DNA from: an uncultured Oscillospiraceae bacterium
GTDB lineage: Bacteria > Bacillota > Clostridia > Christensenellales > QALW01
Assembly (NCBI GenBank): GCA_964492705.1
Contig: CAZBLS010000004.1
Coordinates: forward strand, 1-43,974
DNA: 43,974 nt
Direction: 5' to 3'
The position numbers and the translations under genes are program-made. A model generated the notes under the pieces. That model saw only the letters and a program-made list of their open reading frames with translations, did not search any database and had not been told where the DNA came from. This document shows positions 27,808-37,622 of this stretch, in pieces (positions within the stretch are counted from its first letter, which is position 1; every line of letters starts with the position of its first letter).

Positions 27808-28311
27808 GTGCTTTATTTTTTGCTTGTATTGCTTATAATGCTGATACCCTTTTCATTTAGGGTGTCGGCAAAAACGGAAAGCGAATCTCTTGTTTTACAG
27901 GCGGAGTTTATGGTTTTCGGTAAGGGAATAAGACTTGTAAAAAAACGCATAACCGTAAAGAAAATATTTGAAAGCGCATTCCGTAAGCGTAAAAAGAGCA
28001 AAAATAAGGCACGGCTTTTCAGGAGTGCGGTAAAGCGCATTACGGTTGAAAAATTAAACGTGGATTCGTCAATCGGCACGGGCAATGCATCGTCTACGGC
28101 GATATTGGGCGGACAGGTGTTCGGTCTTATTGCACCTATCGTGCCTACGTGCGCAAAATACGGAGAATACAGGGTGGATATCAGACCCGTATTTGACAAA
28201 AAGCAGTTTGATTTTTTCGGCGAGTGCGTTTTTTCACTGAACATATTAAATGCGGTGCTTGCATTAACTGAATTTGCGGGAGGTATAAAAAATGGAAAAG
28301 CATCCTATTGA
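27808..28311 (+). CDS. DUF2953/YtfI-like membrane-anchored protein
   Basis: N-terminal TM, 'IGTGNASSTAILGG' and 'IRPVF' pattern; immediately upstream of ytfJ. Confidence 0.7.
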   Translation: MLYFLLVLLIMLIPFSFRVSAKTESESLVLQAEFMVFGKGIRLVKKRITVKKIFESAFRKRKKSKNKARLFRSAVKRITVEKLNVDSSIGTGNASSTAILGGQVFGLIAPIVPTCAKYGEYRVDIRPVFDKKQFDFFGECVFSLNILNAVLALTEFAGGIKNGKASY

Positions 28312-28687
28312 AAACGTTATGTGGACGACAATGGAAAATCTTAATTCGATGATAGACGTGAACAAGGTAATCGGAGATGCGGTGAGCGCACCTAACGGCG
28401 CAACGGTAATACCCGTTTCGCAGGTGTCGTTCGGTTTTGCATCCGGCGGAGGCGAATATGAATTTTCCCAAAGCAAAAAGGAGGGATATCCTTTTGCTTG
28501 CGGTTCGGGTGCGGGCGTAACGGTAAAACCCGACGGTTTTTTGGTTTTGGCAGGTGACGTGATCAGATTTTTGCCCATACAAAAAGCCTCTACCTACGAT
28601 AAACTTGTGGACCTTATACCGCAGGTTGCCGAACAGATTAAAAATTTTTCCAAGGAAAAATCTTCATCGGTTGAAGATGAAATATAG
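28292..28687 (+). CDS. ytfJ: sporulation/germination protein YtfJ (GerW family)
   Basis: HPIEN.M.TTMENL..MIDVN.VIGD, IPVSQVSFGFASGGGE and GSGAGV.V.P motifs. Confidence 0.92.
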   Translation: MEKHPIENVMWTTMENLNSMIDVNKVIGDAVSAPNGATVIPVSQVSFGFASGGGEYEFSQSKKEGYPFACGSGAGVTVKPDGFLVLAGDVIRFLPIQKASTYDKLVDLIPQVAEQIKNFSKEKSSSVEDEI

Positions 28688-28741
28688 ACAAAAAATAAAG
28701 TCGGTACTGTTTGTATCGGCTTTATTTTTTAGGAGGAATTT

Positions 28742-29794
28742 ATGAAAAGTTTGTTGGCTGTAATGCTTGCACTTGTTTCTGCGGTGCCGATTGCCAAAAC
28801 GGAAGCAAAGGCATATACGGTAATAGAACGTTCCTCGGGGAGAATACTCTACGAGATGAACGGGCAGACGAAAATGCCTATGGCAAGCACTACAAAGGTG
28901 ATGACCGCACTTTTGGTAATAGAAAATCTTGACCTTGACAAAACTTATACCGTGCCCGATGAATCGGTGGGAATAGAGGGCTCGTCAATATATCTCCGAA
29001 AAGGCGAAGAACTTACGGGGCGGGAGTTGCTCTACGGGCTTATGCTGTCTTCGGGGAACGATTCGGCGTATGCCCTTGCGATATTAACATGCGGAAGCGT
29101 GGAAAACTTTGTGGCGCAAATGAATGAAAAGGCAAAGGAAATGAACTTAAACGATACCCATTTTGCCGACCCCTGCGGACTTGCAAGCAAAAATCACTAT
29201 ACTACCGCACGGGATCTTGCACGTCTTTGCGCCTGCGCTATGGAAAACGAAACATTCAGGGAGACGGTGGGTACGAAAAACAAGCAGATAAGCGGAAAGG
29301 ACGGAATAAGGTATCTTTACAACAAAAACAGGATACTCGGTGAATTTTTCGGCGGAAACGGCATAAAAACGGGATATACCGTTGCTTCGGGCAGATGTTT
29401 GTGTGCTTCGGCAATGCGAAACGGTATGGAACTTATTTGCGTGGTTTTAAATGACCGCAACTGGTTTTCCGACTGCGAAAATCTTATGGAACGGGGTTTT
29501 GACGAATATTCTCTTGTTCAACTTGCAAAAAAAGGAGAAATAGCCGGAAAAATAAATATTTATGGCGGAAAAGAGGAAAAGTGTGATATAATATACCCAA
29601 GAGACGTTTTTTATCCCCTTAACGCCAATGAAACGGCGGTGGGCGAAAGCAAAGGGTTCCCTTTGACAGCACCCGTAAAGGCAGGGGACACAGGCGGAAA
29701 GTGCGAATTTTATCTTTGCGGAGAGAAGATCGCCGAGACGGAACTTCTGTGCGCAAAAGACGTCCAAAAGAAAAAATCGTTATTCGGTAGGTAA
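28742..29794 (+). CDS. dacB: D-alanyl-D-alanine carboxypeptidase (S11, DacB-like)
   Basis: Signal peptide and SxxK (STTK), SGN and KTG motifs; ytfJ-dacB-rluB synteny. Confidence 0.88.
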   Translation: MKSLLAVMLALVSAVPIAKTEAKAYTVIERSSGRILYEMNGQTKMPMASTTKVMTALLVIENLDLDKTYTVPDESVGIEGSSIYLRKGEELTGRELLYGLMLSSGNDSAYALAILTCGSVENFVAQMNEKAKEMNLNDTHFADPCGLASKNHYTTARDLARLCACAMENETFRETVGTKNKQISGKDGIRYLYNKNRILGEFFGGNGIKTGYTVASGRCLCASAMRNGMELICVVLNDRNWFSDCENLMERGFDEYSLVQLAKKGEIAGKINIYGGKEEKCDIIYPRDVFYPLNANETAVGESKGFPLTAPVKAGDTGGKCEFYLCGEKIAETELLCAKDVQKKKSLFGR

Positions 29795-29797
29795 AAT

Positions 29798-30514
29798 ATG
29801 AGTGAAGAAATAAGACTGCAAAAATATCTTGCATCAAGCGGAGTTGCTTCTCGCAGAGCGTGCGAACAGTATATATTGGAGGGTAGGGTGACGGTAAACG
29901 GCGTAACCGTAACCGAACTCGGTACAAAAGTCGTTTTAGGCGATAAAGTTACCTTTGACGGGCAAACCGTCACGCCCCCGAAAGAAAAAATGTACATAAT
30001 GCTTTATAAACCCGATAAGGTGGTAAGTACCGCTTTTGACCCCGAGGGAAGAATAACCGTGCTTGACTTGGTGGATGTTAAGGAAAGACTTTACCCCGTG
30101 GGCAGGCTCGACTATCATACACAGGGGCTTATTTTGCTTGTAAACGACGGCGATGCGGCATACCGCTTAACTCACCCTAAATTCCAAATAGAAAAAGAGT
30201 ATCTTGCGGTAATAAAGGACAGAATTTCCCGTGAAGAAGTCCTTGCACTGCAATCGGGCGTGGTTATTGACGGAGAAAAAACTTCTCCGGCAAAAGTTAA
30301 GGTTACGGATATTACCGACCATACCACGTCACTTTCGGTGATAATTTGTGAGGGTCGCAACAGGCAGGTAAGGAAGATGTTTGAGGCGATAGGTAAGGAA
30401 GTGCTTCATCTGACGCGTATGCGCCACGGAGAGATTATGCTTACGGGACTTAAACCCGGTGAGTGGCGCTATTTGACAAAACAGGAAAAAGATTATTTGG
30501 AAGACCTTAAATAA
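29798..30514 (+). CDS. rluB: 23S rRNA pseudouridine synthase (RluB/RsuA family)
   Basis: S4 domain RLQKYLA..GVASRR, PVGRLD and EGRNRQVRKM motifs. Confidence 0.9.
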   Translation: MSEEIRLQKYLASSGVASRRACEQYILEGRVTVNGVTVTELGTKVVLGDKVTFDGQTVTPPKEKMYIMLYKPDKVVSTAFDPEGRITVLDLVDVKERLYPVGRLDYHTQGLILLVNDGDAAYRLTHPKFQIEKEYLAVIKDRISREEVLALQSGVVIDGEKTSPAKVKVTDITDHTTSLSVIICEGRNRQVRKMFEAIGKEVLHLTRMRHGEIMLTGLKPGEWRYLTKQEKDYLEDLK

Positions 30515-30823
30515 TGAAAAAAACAGTTGCCAAAAAGGGGATTTGTGTGGTATTATAAAGTGCGCAAGTTTTGTGCTTGGCAAGGAGTTTTATCAGATTT
30601 TTCGGAACTTTGAGGTAAAAAATGAGCAGGGGTTCGGGCAAAAAAATATCAATTTACACCACGTGCGGAAATGTATTTTCGACCTTTGCTTTATATTCTT
30701 ATTTTTTAAAATACACAGTTTAGGCGCAGTGCGCTTTTTCTGTGTTTTTTGTTTAATGCAAGCGTACACCGCAGTGTGCATTAAAAATATTATTTTCTTT
30801 TTTGGCAGAGAGGTGAGTAGTTA

Positions 30824-31192
30824 ATGGTTTCAACGATGCAGATGCTTGTTAGAGAGGAAGTTTTAAGTATATCCGAAGCACTTAAAGTTACCGCAATCGG
30901 TCTTTTGGTAGTGTTCGCAGTTCTTTTTATACTTATCCTGTTTATCGAGTTGCTTCACGCTGTTGTTACGGCAGGGGAAAAGGCTGTAAAAACGGACAAA
31001 GTTAAGGATAGCGTCAAACCCGTAAGCGCAGACGACGGCAAACGCATTTCGGCAGGTACGTATGCAAGCGTACCCGATGCGAAAGATGCACCGCAGGACG
31101 GAGAGTTCATAGCGGCGGTATCGGCGGCGGTTTCGGTTGCCACAGGCAGACCCAACGGGTCTTTCGTAATTAAATCAATTAAAGAAAAGTAA
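30824..31192 (+). CDS. oadG: Na+-translocating decarboxylase gamma/delta subunit (OadG family)
   Basis: TM 'GLLVVFAVLFILI', 'IAAVSAAV' and 'FVIKSIK' pattern; operon context. Confidence 0.8.
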   Translation: MVSTMQMLVREEVLSISEALKVTAIGLLVVFAVLFILILFIELLHAVVTAGEKAVKTDKVKDSVKPVSADDGKRISAGTYASVPDAKDAPQDGEFIAAVSAAVSVATGRPNGSFVIKSIKEK

Positions 31193-31211
31193 TTTAAAGG
31201 AGAATTTTAAA

Positions 31212-31565
31212 ATGCGTAAGTTCAATGTAAACGTAAACGGCAAAATATATGTTGTCGAAATAGAAGAGACCGGAGCAGCCGCTCCCGTTGTTGCGGAAAC
31301 TCCCGCAAAAGCACCCGAAGCACCTGCTGCTCCCGTTGCACCCGTTTCAGGCGGAAGCGTAAACGTTGAGGCTCCCATGCCCGGCACTATTCTTGACGTT
31401 AAAGTTACGGCAGGCAACCGCGTAAATGCAGGCGATGTAATCTGCATTCTCGAAGCAATGAAAATGGAAAATGAAATCGTTGCTCCTCAGGACGGCGTTG
31501 TTAAAAACGTTGTTGCAAAGGGAACTACCGTAAACACAGGCGACGTTCTTGCTTCAATGGAATAA
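31212..31565 (+). CDS. biotin carboxyl carrier subunit
   Basis: VNVNGKIY.VE N-terminus, Ala/Pro linker, APMPG and the EAMKMENEI biotinylation motif. Confidence 0.93.
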   Translation: MRKFNVNVNGKIYVVEIEETGAAAPVVAETPAKAPEAPAAPVAPVSGGSVNVEAPMPGTILDVKVTAGNRVNAGDVICILEAMKMENEIVAPQDGVVKNVVAKGTTVNTGDVLASME

Positions 31566-31580
31566 TCGGAGGGACTCATA

Positions 31581-32813
31581 ATGAACTTTGTTTCTCTTGC
31601 GTCGGATATCGACGTTTTGGCTACGGTCAAAGACCTGTGGCAGTCAAGCGGAATATATTCGATATTTAACGATTTTACGGGTACGGGCTTTAAAACTCTC
31701 ATTATGATAGTTATAGCCTGCGTGCTCCTCTATCTTGCCATAGGCAAGAAATTTGAACCCTTACTGCTTGTGCCCATTGCAACGGGTATGTTGCTTGCAA
31801 ATGTAGGCGGTTCGCAGATATATAACCCCGAGTGCTTTGCCGACGGACACGTACACTGGGAATTCTTTACAGGTGCAGGCGATGCCGAAATAAAAGCAGG
31901 TCTTTTCGACTATCTTTACTTGGGCGTTAAGTTAGGTATTTATCCCTGTCTTATCTTTATGGGCGTAGGCGCAATGACTGATTTCAGCCCGTTGATTGCC
32001 AACCCCAAAAGCTTGCTTTTGGGTGCGGCGGCACAGCTCGGTATCTTTATTGCACTCTTCCTTGCTTCCGTAGCCGGTATGGGCGGAAATGTTGCCGCAT
32101 CTATCGGTATCATCGGCGGTGCAGACGGACCTACCGCTATACTTGTAACAAGTATGCTCGCTCCCGATAAACTTGCACCCATCGCAGTTGCCGCATATTC
32201 GTATATGGCTCTTATCCCCGTAATTCAGCCTCCGATAATGAGGTTGCTTACCACCAAAAAAGAGCGTCAGATAGTTATGAAGCAACTCCGTCCTGTTTCC
32301 AAAAAAGAGCAGATTATATTCCCCATTGCCGTTGCGGCGATAGTAATACTTATTCTGCCCGATACCGCTCCTCTTATCGGAAGCCTTATGTTCGGTAACC
32401 TTTTGAGAGTTTGCGGTGTAACGGACCGTTTGAGCAGTACCGTTCAAAACGAACTTTGCAACATCGTTACCATATTCCTGGGTACTACCGTAGGTGCTAC
32501 CGCAGTTGCGGAATCTTTCCTTAACGTGGAAACACTTCTTATCATCGTACTCGGTCTTATCGCATTTATGTGCGGTACCGCAGGCGGTGTTCTTCTCGGA
32601 AAACTTATGTGCTTCCTCACAAAGGGACAGATCAACCCCCTTATCGGTTCGGCAGGTGTTTCCGCTGTTCCTATGGCGGCACGTGTTTCACAGGTTGAGG
32701 GACAGAAAGCAAACCCCAAAAACTTCTTGCTTATGCATGCTATGGGACCCAACGTTGCCGGCGTTATAGGCTCGGCTGTTGCGGCAGGCGTATTGCTTTC
32801 GATTTTCGGATAA
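31581..32813 (+). CDS. oadB: Na+-translocating decarboxylase beta subunit
   Basis: GVGAMTDF, IGIIGGADGPT, AAYSYMAL, SAVPMAARV and HAMGPNVAG motifs. Confidence 0.95.
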   Translation: MNFVSLASDIDVLATVKDLWQSSGIYSIFNDFTGTGFKTLIMIVIACVLLYLAIGKKFEPLLLVPIATGMLLANVGGSQIYNPECFADGHVHWEFFTGAGDAEIKAGLFDYLYLGVKLGIYPCLIFMGVGAMTDFSPLIANPKSLLLGAAAQLGIFIALFLASVAGMGGNVAASIGIIGGADGPTAILVTSMLAPDKLAPIAVAAYSYMALIPVIQPPIMRLLTTKKERQIVMKQLRPVSKKEQIIFPIAVAAIVILILPDTAPLIGSLMFGNLLRVCGVTDRLSSTVQNELCNIVTIFLGTTVGATAVAESFLNVETLLIIVLGLIAFMCGTAGGVLLGKLMCFLTKGQINPLIGSAGVSAVPMAARVSQVEGQKANPKNFLLMHAMGPNVAGVIGSAVAAGVLLSIFG

Positions 32814-32880
32814 TTCAATAATGAAAGGAACGGGGGTTCGGTAGGTTTTACTGTCGGACCCACCGTCATATGAGGATAAT

Positions 32881-34275
32881 ATGGGAAAAGTTTTAATTAC
32901 CGATACTATTTTACGTGACGCACATCAGTCGCAGGCGGCTACGAGAATGCGCCTTGACGAAATGCTTCCCGCTTGCGAAATACTTGATTCCATCGGGTAT
33001 TATTCGCTTGAAGCGTGGGGCGGTGCCACGTTCGATTCGTGTTTGAGATTTTTGAAAGAAGATCCTTGGGAGCGTTTGAGAGCGCTTCACAAAGCACTTC
33101 CCAACACGAAAATACAGATGCTCTTCCGCGGACAGAATATTTTGGGATACCGTCACTATGCGGATGATGTAGTTGACAAATTCGTACAGAAGAGTATTGA
33201 AAACGGCGTAAGCATTATCCGTGTGTTCGATGCGCTTAATGACCTCCGCAATTTGGAACAGGCTGTTAAATCAACCAAAAAGTACGGCGGAGAAATCGAA
33301 CTTGCAATGAGTTATACTTCAAGCCCCGTACATACCACGGAGTATTTCGTAAATCTTGCAAAAGAAATGGTACAGATGGGTGCAGATGCTATCTGCATTA
33401 AAGATATGGCTAACCTGCTTTTGCCCTACGATGCTTACGACCTTGTTAAAAAACTGAAAGCGGAAGTTAACGTACCGATTCACTTGCACACTCACAATAC
33501 AAGCGGAACGGGCAGTATGACGATACTTAAAGCCATTGAAGCAGGCGTTGATATTGTAGACACTTCTCTTTCGCCCCTTGCAAACGGCACAAGTCAGCCC
33601 GCTACCGAATCACTTGTAGCCACACTTGCAGGCACCGAGTACGATACGGGTCTTGACCTTGAAAAACTCGTTAAGGCAAGCGACCACTTTAAGAAAGTCG
33701 CTCAAAGGCTTAAAGACGATAAGATTCTTGACCCCAAAGTATTGCAGGTTAATATCAATACTCTCCGTTATCAGGTTCCCGGAGGAATGTTCTCCAACTT
33801 GCTTAACCAACTTAAAGAGGCAGGCAAGGAAGACAAACTCGAAGAGTGCTTGGCGGAAGTACCCAACGTTCGTAAAGACTTCGGCTATCCTCCTCTTGTA
33901 ACGCCCACCAGCCAAATCGTGGGAACACAGGCAGTGCTCAACGTTATCTGCGGTGAAAGATACAAGATGGTTACAAAGGAAAGCAAGGCTCTCCTTGCAG
34001 GCGAGTACGGACGTTTGCCCGGTGAAGTTAATGAGGAAGTACGCAAAAAGTGCATCGGCGATACTCCCGTTATTACTTGCCGTCCGGCAGACCGTCTTGA
34101 ACCGGAATACGATAAAATCAAAGAAGAAATCAAGGATCAGATACAGCAGGAGGAAGATGTTCTTTCCTATGCACTGTTCCCACAGGTTGCGATGAATTTC
34201 TTTAAATCGAGAAAAGAAACAGAGGAAGGAAATACTCCTCTTGATATCAAAGTCAGCGTAAGTGAAATCAAGTAG
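32881..34275 (+). CDS. oadA: oxaloacetate decarboxylase alpha subunit (carboxyltransferase, no fused biotin domain)
   Basis: LRDAHQS, WGGATFD, IKDMA, HLHTH, QVPGGM and YPPLVTPTSQIVG motifs. Confidence 0.9.
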   Translation: MGKVLITDTILRDAHQSQAATRMRLDEMLPACEILDSIGYYSLEAWGGATFDSCLRFLKEDPWERLRALHKALPNTKIQMLFRGQNILGYRHYADDVVDKFVQKSIENGVSIIRVFDALNDLRNLEQAVKSTKKYGGEIELAMSYTSSPVHTTEYFVNLAKEMVQMGADAICIKDMANLLLPYDAYDLVKKLKAEVNVPIHLHTHNTSGTGSMTILKAIEAGVDIVDTSLSPLANGTSQPATESLVATLAGTEYDTGLDLEKLVKASDHFKKVAQRLKDDKILDPKVLQVNINTLRYQVPGGMFSNLLNQLKEAGKEDKLEECLAEVPNVRKDFGYPPLVTPTSQIVGTQAVLNVICGERYKMVTKESKALLAGEYGRLPGEVNEEVRKKCIGDTPVITCRPADRLEPEYDKIKEEIKDQIQQEEDVLSYALFPQVAMNFFKSRKETEEGNTPLDIKVSVSEIK

Positions 34276-34289
34276 GATATAACTGAGTT

Positions 34290-35144
34290 ATGAGTGCTGA
34301 TATCAATGAAAAGATAGATCAGGCATACAAAAAAATGAGTAAAGGTCATAAGAGAATAGCACGCTTCATTGTCGATAACGGCAATGAAGCGGCGTTTATG
34401 ACCGCAGGAAAACTCGGCATTAAAGCAGGCGTCAGCGAATCTACCGTTGTACGCTTTGCTACTATGCTGGGGTATTCGGGATATCCCGAACTTCAAAAAG
34501 AGTTGCAGGAAATGTTGCGCAGCCGTCTTACCGGCACTCAAAGGCTTGAACTTTCCGACGGTCTTTCACTGATGAAACTGTTGGAAAAAGTTCTGAAAAC
34601 CGATATGGACAATATTCACGCTACCCTTGAAAACCTTGACAGGAACGAGTTCGGCAGTGCGGTAAAGTCCATTATTGAGGCTAAACGCATATACGTTATG
34701 GGTGTGCGCTCTGCGGAGATCGTGGCAAATACCTTGGGTCAAAATCTTGACCTTATTCTTGATAATGTGCGCACGGTTACAGAAGCGTCAAGTGATGATT
34801 GCGAGCAACTTATACATATAGGCAAGGGTGACGTTTTTATCGGAATAAGTTTTCCGAGGTATTCAAAACGTACAGCCGATGCAATGCTTTTTGCAAAAAG
34901 CCACGGGGCAAAGTGCATTGCCATTACCGACAGTTCTCTGTCGCCTTTAACCGAATACGCAGACGTAAAAATGGAGATACACTGTAATACGGTATCTTTT
35001 GTGGATTCGCTTGTGGCACCGCTCAGCGTTGTAAATGCGCTGATTGCGGCAGTTAGTATGGAAAAGAAAGAGGAATTGTCCGAAACGCTTTCCGAAATGG
35101 AAAGTATTTGGAATAAAAATCATTTTTATGCCGGAAAAAGGTAA
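34290..35144 (+). CDS. MurR/RpiR-family transcriptional regulator
   Basis: HTH 'GVSESTVVRFA' plus a SIS domain 'ISFPRYS...AITDS..SPL'. Confidence 0.92.
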   Translation: MSADINEKIDQAYKKMSKGHKRIARFIVDNGNEAAFMTAGKLGIKAGVSESTVVRFATMLGYSGYPELQKELQEMLRSRLTGTQRLELSDGLSLMKLLEKVLKTDMDNIHATLENLDRNEFGSAVKSIIEAKRIYVMGVRSAEIVANTLGQNLDLILDNVRTVTEASSDDCEQLIHIGKGDVFIGISFPRYSKRTADAMLFAKSHGAKCIAITDSSLSPLTEYADVKMEIHCNTVSFVDSLVAPLSVVNALIAAVSMEKKEELSETLSEMESIWNKNHFYAGKR

Positions 35145-36363
35145 AAGAATATACGTCGTAGGTGCGGGACCTGCCGGAATGATGGCGGCGGCAAAAGCCG
35201 CAGAGGGCGCAAATACCGTACTTATAGATAAAAACGAAAAAGCGGGAAAGAAACTTTATATAACGGGCAAGGGAAGATGTAATGTTACCAATGCCTGCGA
35301 TATAGAGGATTTCTTTTTAAATATACCGAGGAATCCGTCCTTTTGCTATTCGGCAGTTTACTCTTTTACGCCCGACGATACGGTAAATCTTATTGAAAAT
35401 AACGGTACGCCCCTTAAAATCGAGAGGGGTAACAGAGTGTTTCCCGTAAGCGATAAGTCGGCGGATATTATAAAAGCATTGGAAAAAAATTTTAAAGCAA
35501 GCGGTGCGCAGTTTTTTACCAAAACAAGGTTCGACGGCGTTATCGTTGCCGATAATAAAGTTACGGGCATTAAATATAACGGTTCGGTACATCCTGCCGA
35601 CGGTGTAATATTGGCTCTCGGCGGAGCATCTTATACTTCAACAGGCTCCGACGGTAAATGGAAAGAAAAAATCGAAAAATTAGGGATAAAAGTAAATGAG
35701 TTTTCACCTGCGCTTGTGCCCCTTAAAAGCGAAGAACAGTGGGTGCGGGATTTACAGGGACTTTCTCTTAAAAACGTAAAAATCAAAGCAATTTGCAAAA
35801 AACGTACGGTTTACGAACAGCAGGGCGAAATGCTTTTTACTCATTTCGGCATATCGGGGCCGTTGATACTTACTTTAAGCAGTATGCTTAATAAAAAAGA
35901 TTTTCCCGATTTGAAAATAAGCCTTGATTTGAAACCGGCACTTACGTTTGACGTGCTCGATGCAAGACTTCAAAGAGAATTTACGGGAGCAAAAACGTTA
36001 AAAAATGCTTTTACGGCACTGTTACCGTCAAGACTCGTGAATACCGTACTCACACTTGCACAGGTGGACGGAGAACAGAAAGTAAGCACGGTTACGGCAC
36101 AGCAAAGAAAAAAACTTGTTGAACAACTGAAAAATACGGAGATACCCGTAAGCGGTTTCGGCGAACTTAACGAAGCAATCGTTACTCGGGGCGGAGTAGA
36201 CGTAAAGGAAATAGACCCCTCCACAATGGAGAGTAAAAAGATAAAAGGTCTGTACTTTGCAGGTGAAATGATAGATATCGATGCCTTTACGGGCGGTTTT
36301 AATATTCAACTTGCACTTTCCACGGGATTTGTTGCGGGGAGTGCGGCAGGAGGCACTTTATGA
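35128..36363 (+). CDS. NAD(P)/FAD-dependent oxidoreductase (YhiN/YtfP/BaiN family)
   Basis: GAGPAGMMAA, ITGKGRCNVTN, MLFTHFGISGP, VTRGGV and TGGFN motifs. Start reassigned to ATG 35128. Confidence 0.9.
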   Translation: MPEKGKRIYVVGAGPAGMMAAAKAAEGANTVLIDKNEKAGKKLYITGKGRCNVTNACDIEDFFLNIPRNPSFCYSAVYSFTPDDTVNLIENNGTPLKIERGNRVFPVSDKSADIIKALEKNFKASGAQFFTKTRFDGVIVADNKVTGIKYNGSVHPADGVILALGGASYTSTGSDGKWKEKIEKLGIKVNEFSPALVPLKSEEQWVRDLQGLSLKNVKIKAICKKRTVYEQQGEMLFTHFGISGPLILTLSSMLNKKDFPDLKISLDLKPALTFDVLDARLQREFTGAKTLKNAFTALLPSRLVNTVLTLAQVDGEQKVSTVTAQQRKKLVEQLKNTEIPVSGFGELNEAIVTRGGVDVKEIDPSTMESKKIKGLYFAGEMIDIDAFTGGFNIQLALSTGFVAGSAAGGTL

Positions 36364-37019
36364 AAATTGCGCTTGACGGACCTGCCGGTGCGGGGAAAAG
36401 CACGGTTGCCAAGGCAATAGCAAAGGAATTGGGCATACTTTATTTGGATACGGGCGCAATGTACCGTGCCGTAGCCCTTTATATGGACGGAATGGGTATA
36501 TTGCCCACCGAAGAAAATAAGACCGAAGAAGCGCTTAAAGGTGCTGAATTGGAAGTGGTTTACGTAAACGGCGCACAGCGAGTGCTCCTTAAAGGCGAAG
36601 ACGTTTCGGAAAAGATACGGGAAAACCGTATATCTCAACTTGCTTCGGCGTTTTCCGCATTGCCTTGCGTAAGAAAATATTTGGTAAAAATGCAACAGAT
36701 AACCGCACAAAGGCAGGATTGCATTCTTGACGGAAGAGATATCGGCACTTGTGTTTTGCCCGATGCGGATCATAAATTTTTCCTTACTGCCGATTCGGGC
36801 GAACGTGCACGCAGAAGACTTGCCGAATTGGAAGCAAAAGGGCAAAAAGTGGACTTTGAAACACTGAAAAAAGAGATCGAAAAGCGCGATTACGATGATT
36901 CTCACAGGGAAGTTTCGCCACTGAAACAGGCAGAGGATGCTATTTTGGTGGACAGCACTCATATGAATATAGAACAGACCGTCAATTTTGTTATCGGTAA
37001 GATTAAAGAGGGAAAGTAA
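36360..37019 (+). CDS. cmk: cytidylate kinase
   Basis: IALDGPAGAGKST, LDTGAMYR and DGRDIGT motifs. Confidence 0.96.
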   Translation: MKIALDGPAGAGKSTVAKAIAKELGILYLDTGAMYRAVALYMDGMGILPTEENKTEEALKGAELEVVYVNGAQRVLLKGEDVSEKIRENRISQLASAFSALPCVRKYLVKMQQITAQRQDCILDGRDIGTCVLPDADHKFFLTADSGERARRRLAELEAKGQKVDFETLKKEIEKRDYDDSHREVSPLKQAEDAILVDSTHMNIEQTVNFVIGKIKEGK

Positions 37020-37622
37020 ATGCTTTACTTATTTTTCAGGGGACTTGCAAAAGCTGTAATAGGTATTTTCGCACCCACAAAGGTTTACGGTAGGGAAAAT
37101 ATTGAAGACGGCAACGTGGTTTTCGTGTGTAACCATATGAGCATAGTGGATGCGTTTATCAACTTTTCGTTGTTGCCATCAAAAACTCACTTTATGGCAA
37201 AAAAAGAACTGTTTAAAAATCCCATTGTGGCTTGGGTTTTGAAAAGAATAAACGTTTTTGCCGTTGATAGGGGTAAGGCTGACCTTAAAAGTATACGCCA
37301 CGCCTGCAATTTGCTTGGTGAAAACAACAATTTGTGCATTTATCCGCAGGGCACTCGGTGCGAATGTGCGGAAATAGATAAGGAACAGATGCATAACGGC
37401 ATAGGTATGATAGCACTTAAAAATAACAGCCGAGTAGTGCCGTTGATGTTCGATTCAAAGCCTGCATTCTTTAAAAGAAACGTACTTTACGTGGGCAAAG
37501 CCATTGATTTAAGGGAGTTCGAGGGGAAAAAAGCAGGGAGCGAAACTCAAAAACTCTTTACCGAGAAAATAGCGGATGAAATGAACGCACTGCTTGAAAA
37601 AGGCAGGAGAGAATACAAATGA
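37020..37622 (+). CDS. plsC: 1-acyl-sn-glycerol-3-phosphate acyltransferase
   Basis: NHMSIVD (HX4D), FMAKKELF, VDRG and YPQGTR motifs. Confidence 0.9.
   Translation: MLYLFFRGLAKAVIGIFAPTKVYGRENIEDGNVVFVCNHMSIVDAFINFSLLPSKTHFMAKKELFKNPIVAWVLKRINVFAVDRGKADLKSIRHACNLLGENNNLCIYPQGTRCECAEIDKEQMHNGIGMIALKNNSRVVPLMFDSKPAFFKRNVLYVGKAIDLREFEGKKAGSETQKLFTEKIADEMNALLEKGRREYK

Noticed and set aside
30560-30820. Na+ riboswitch upstream of oadG
   Set aside because: The gene context fits, but I could not identify the conserved sequence features by eye.
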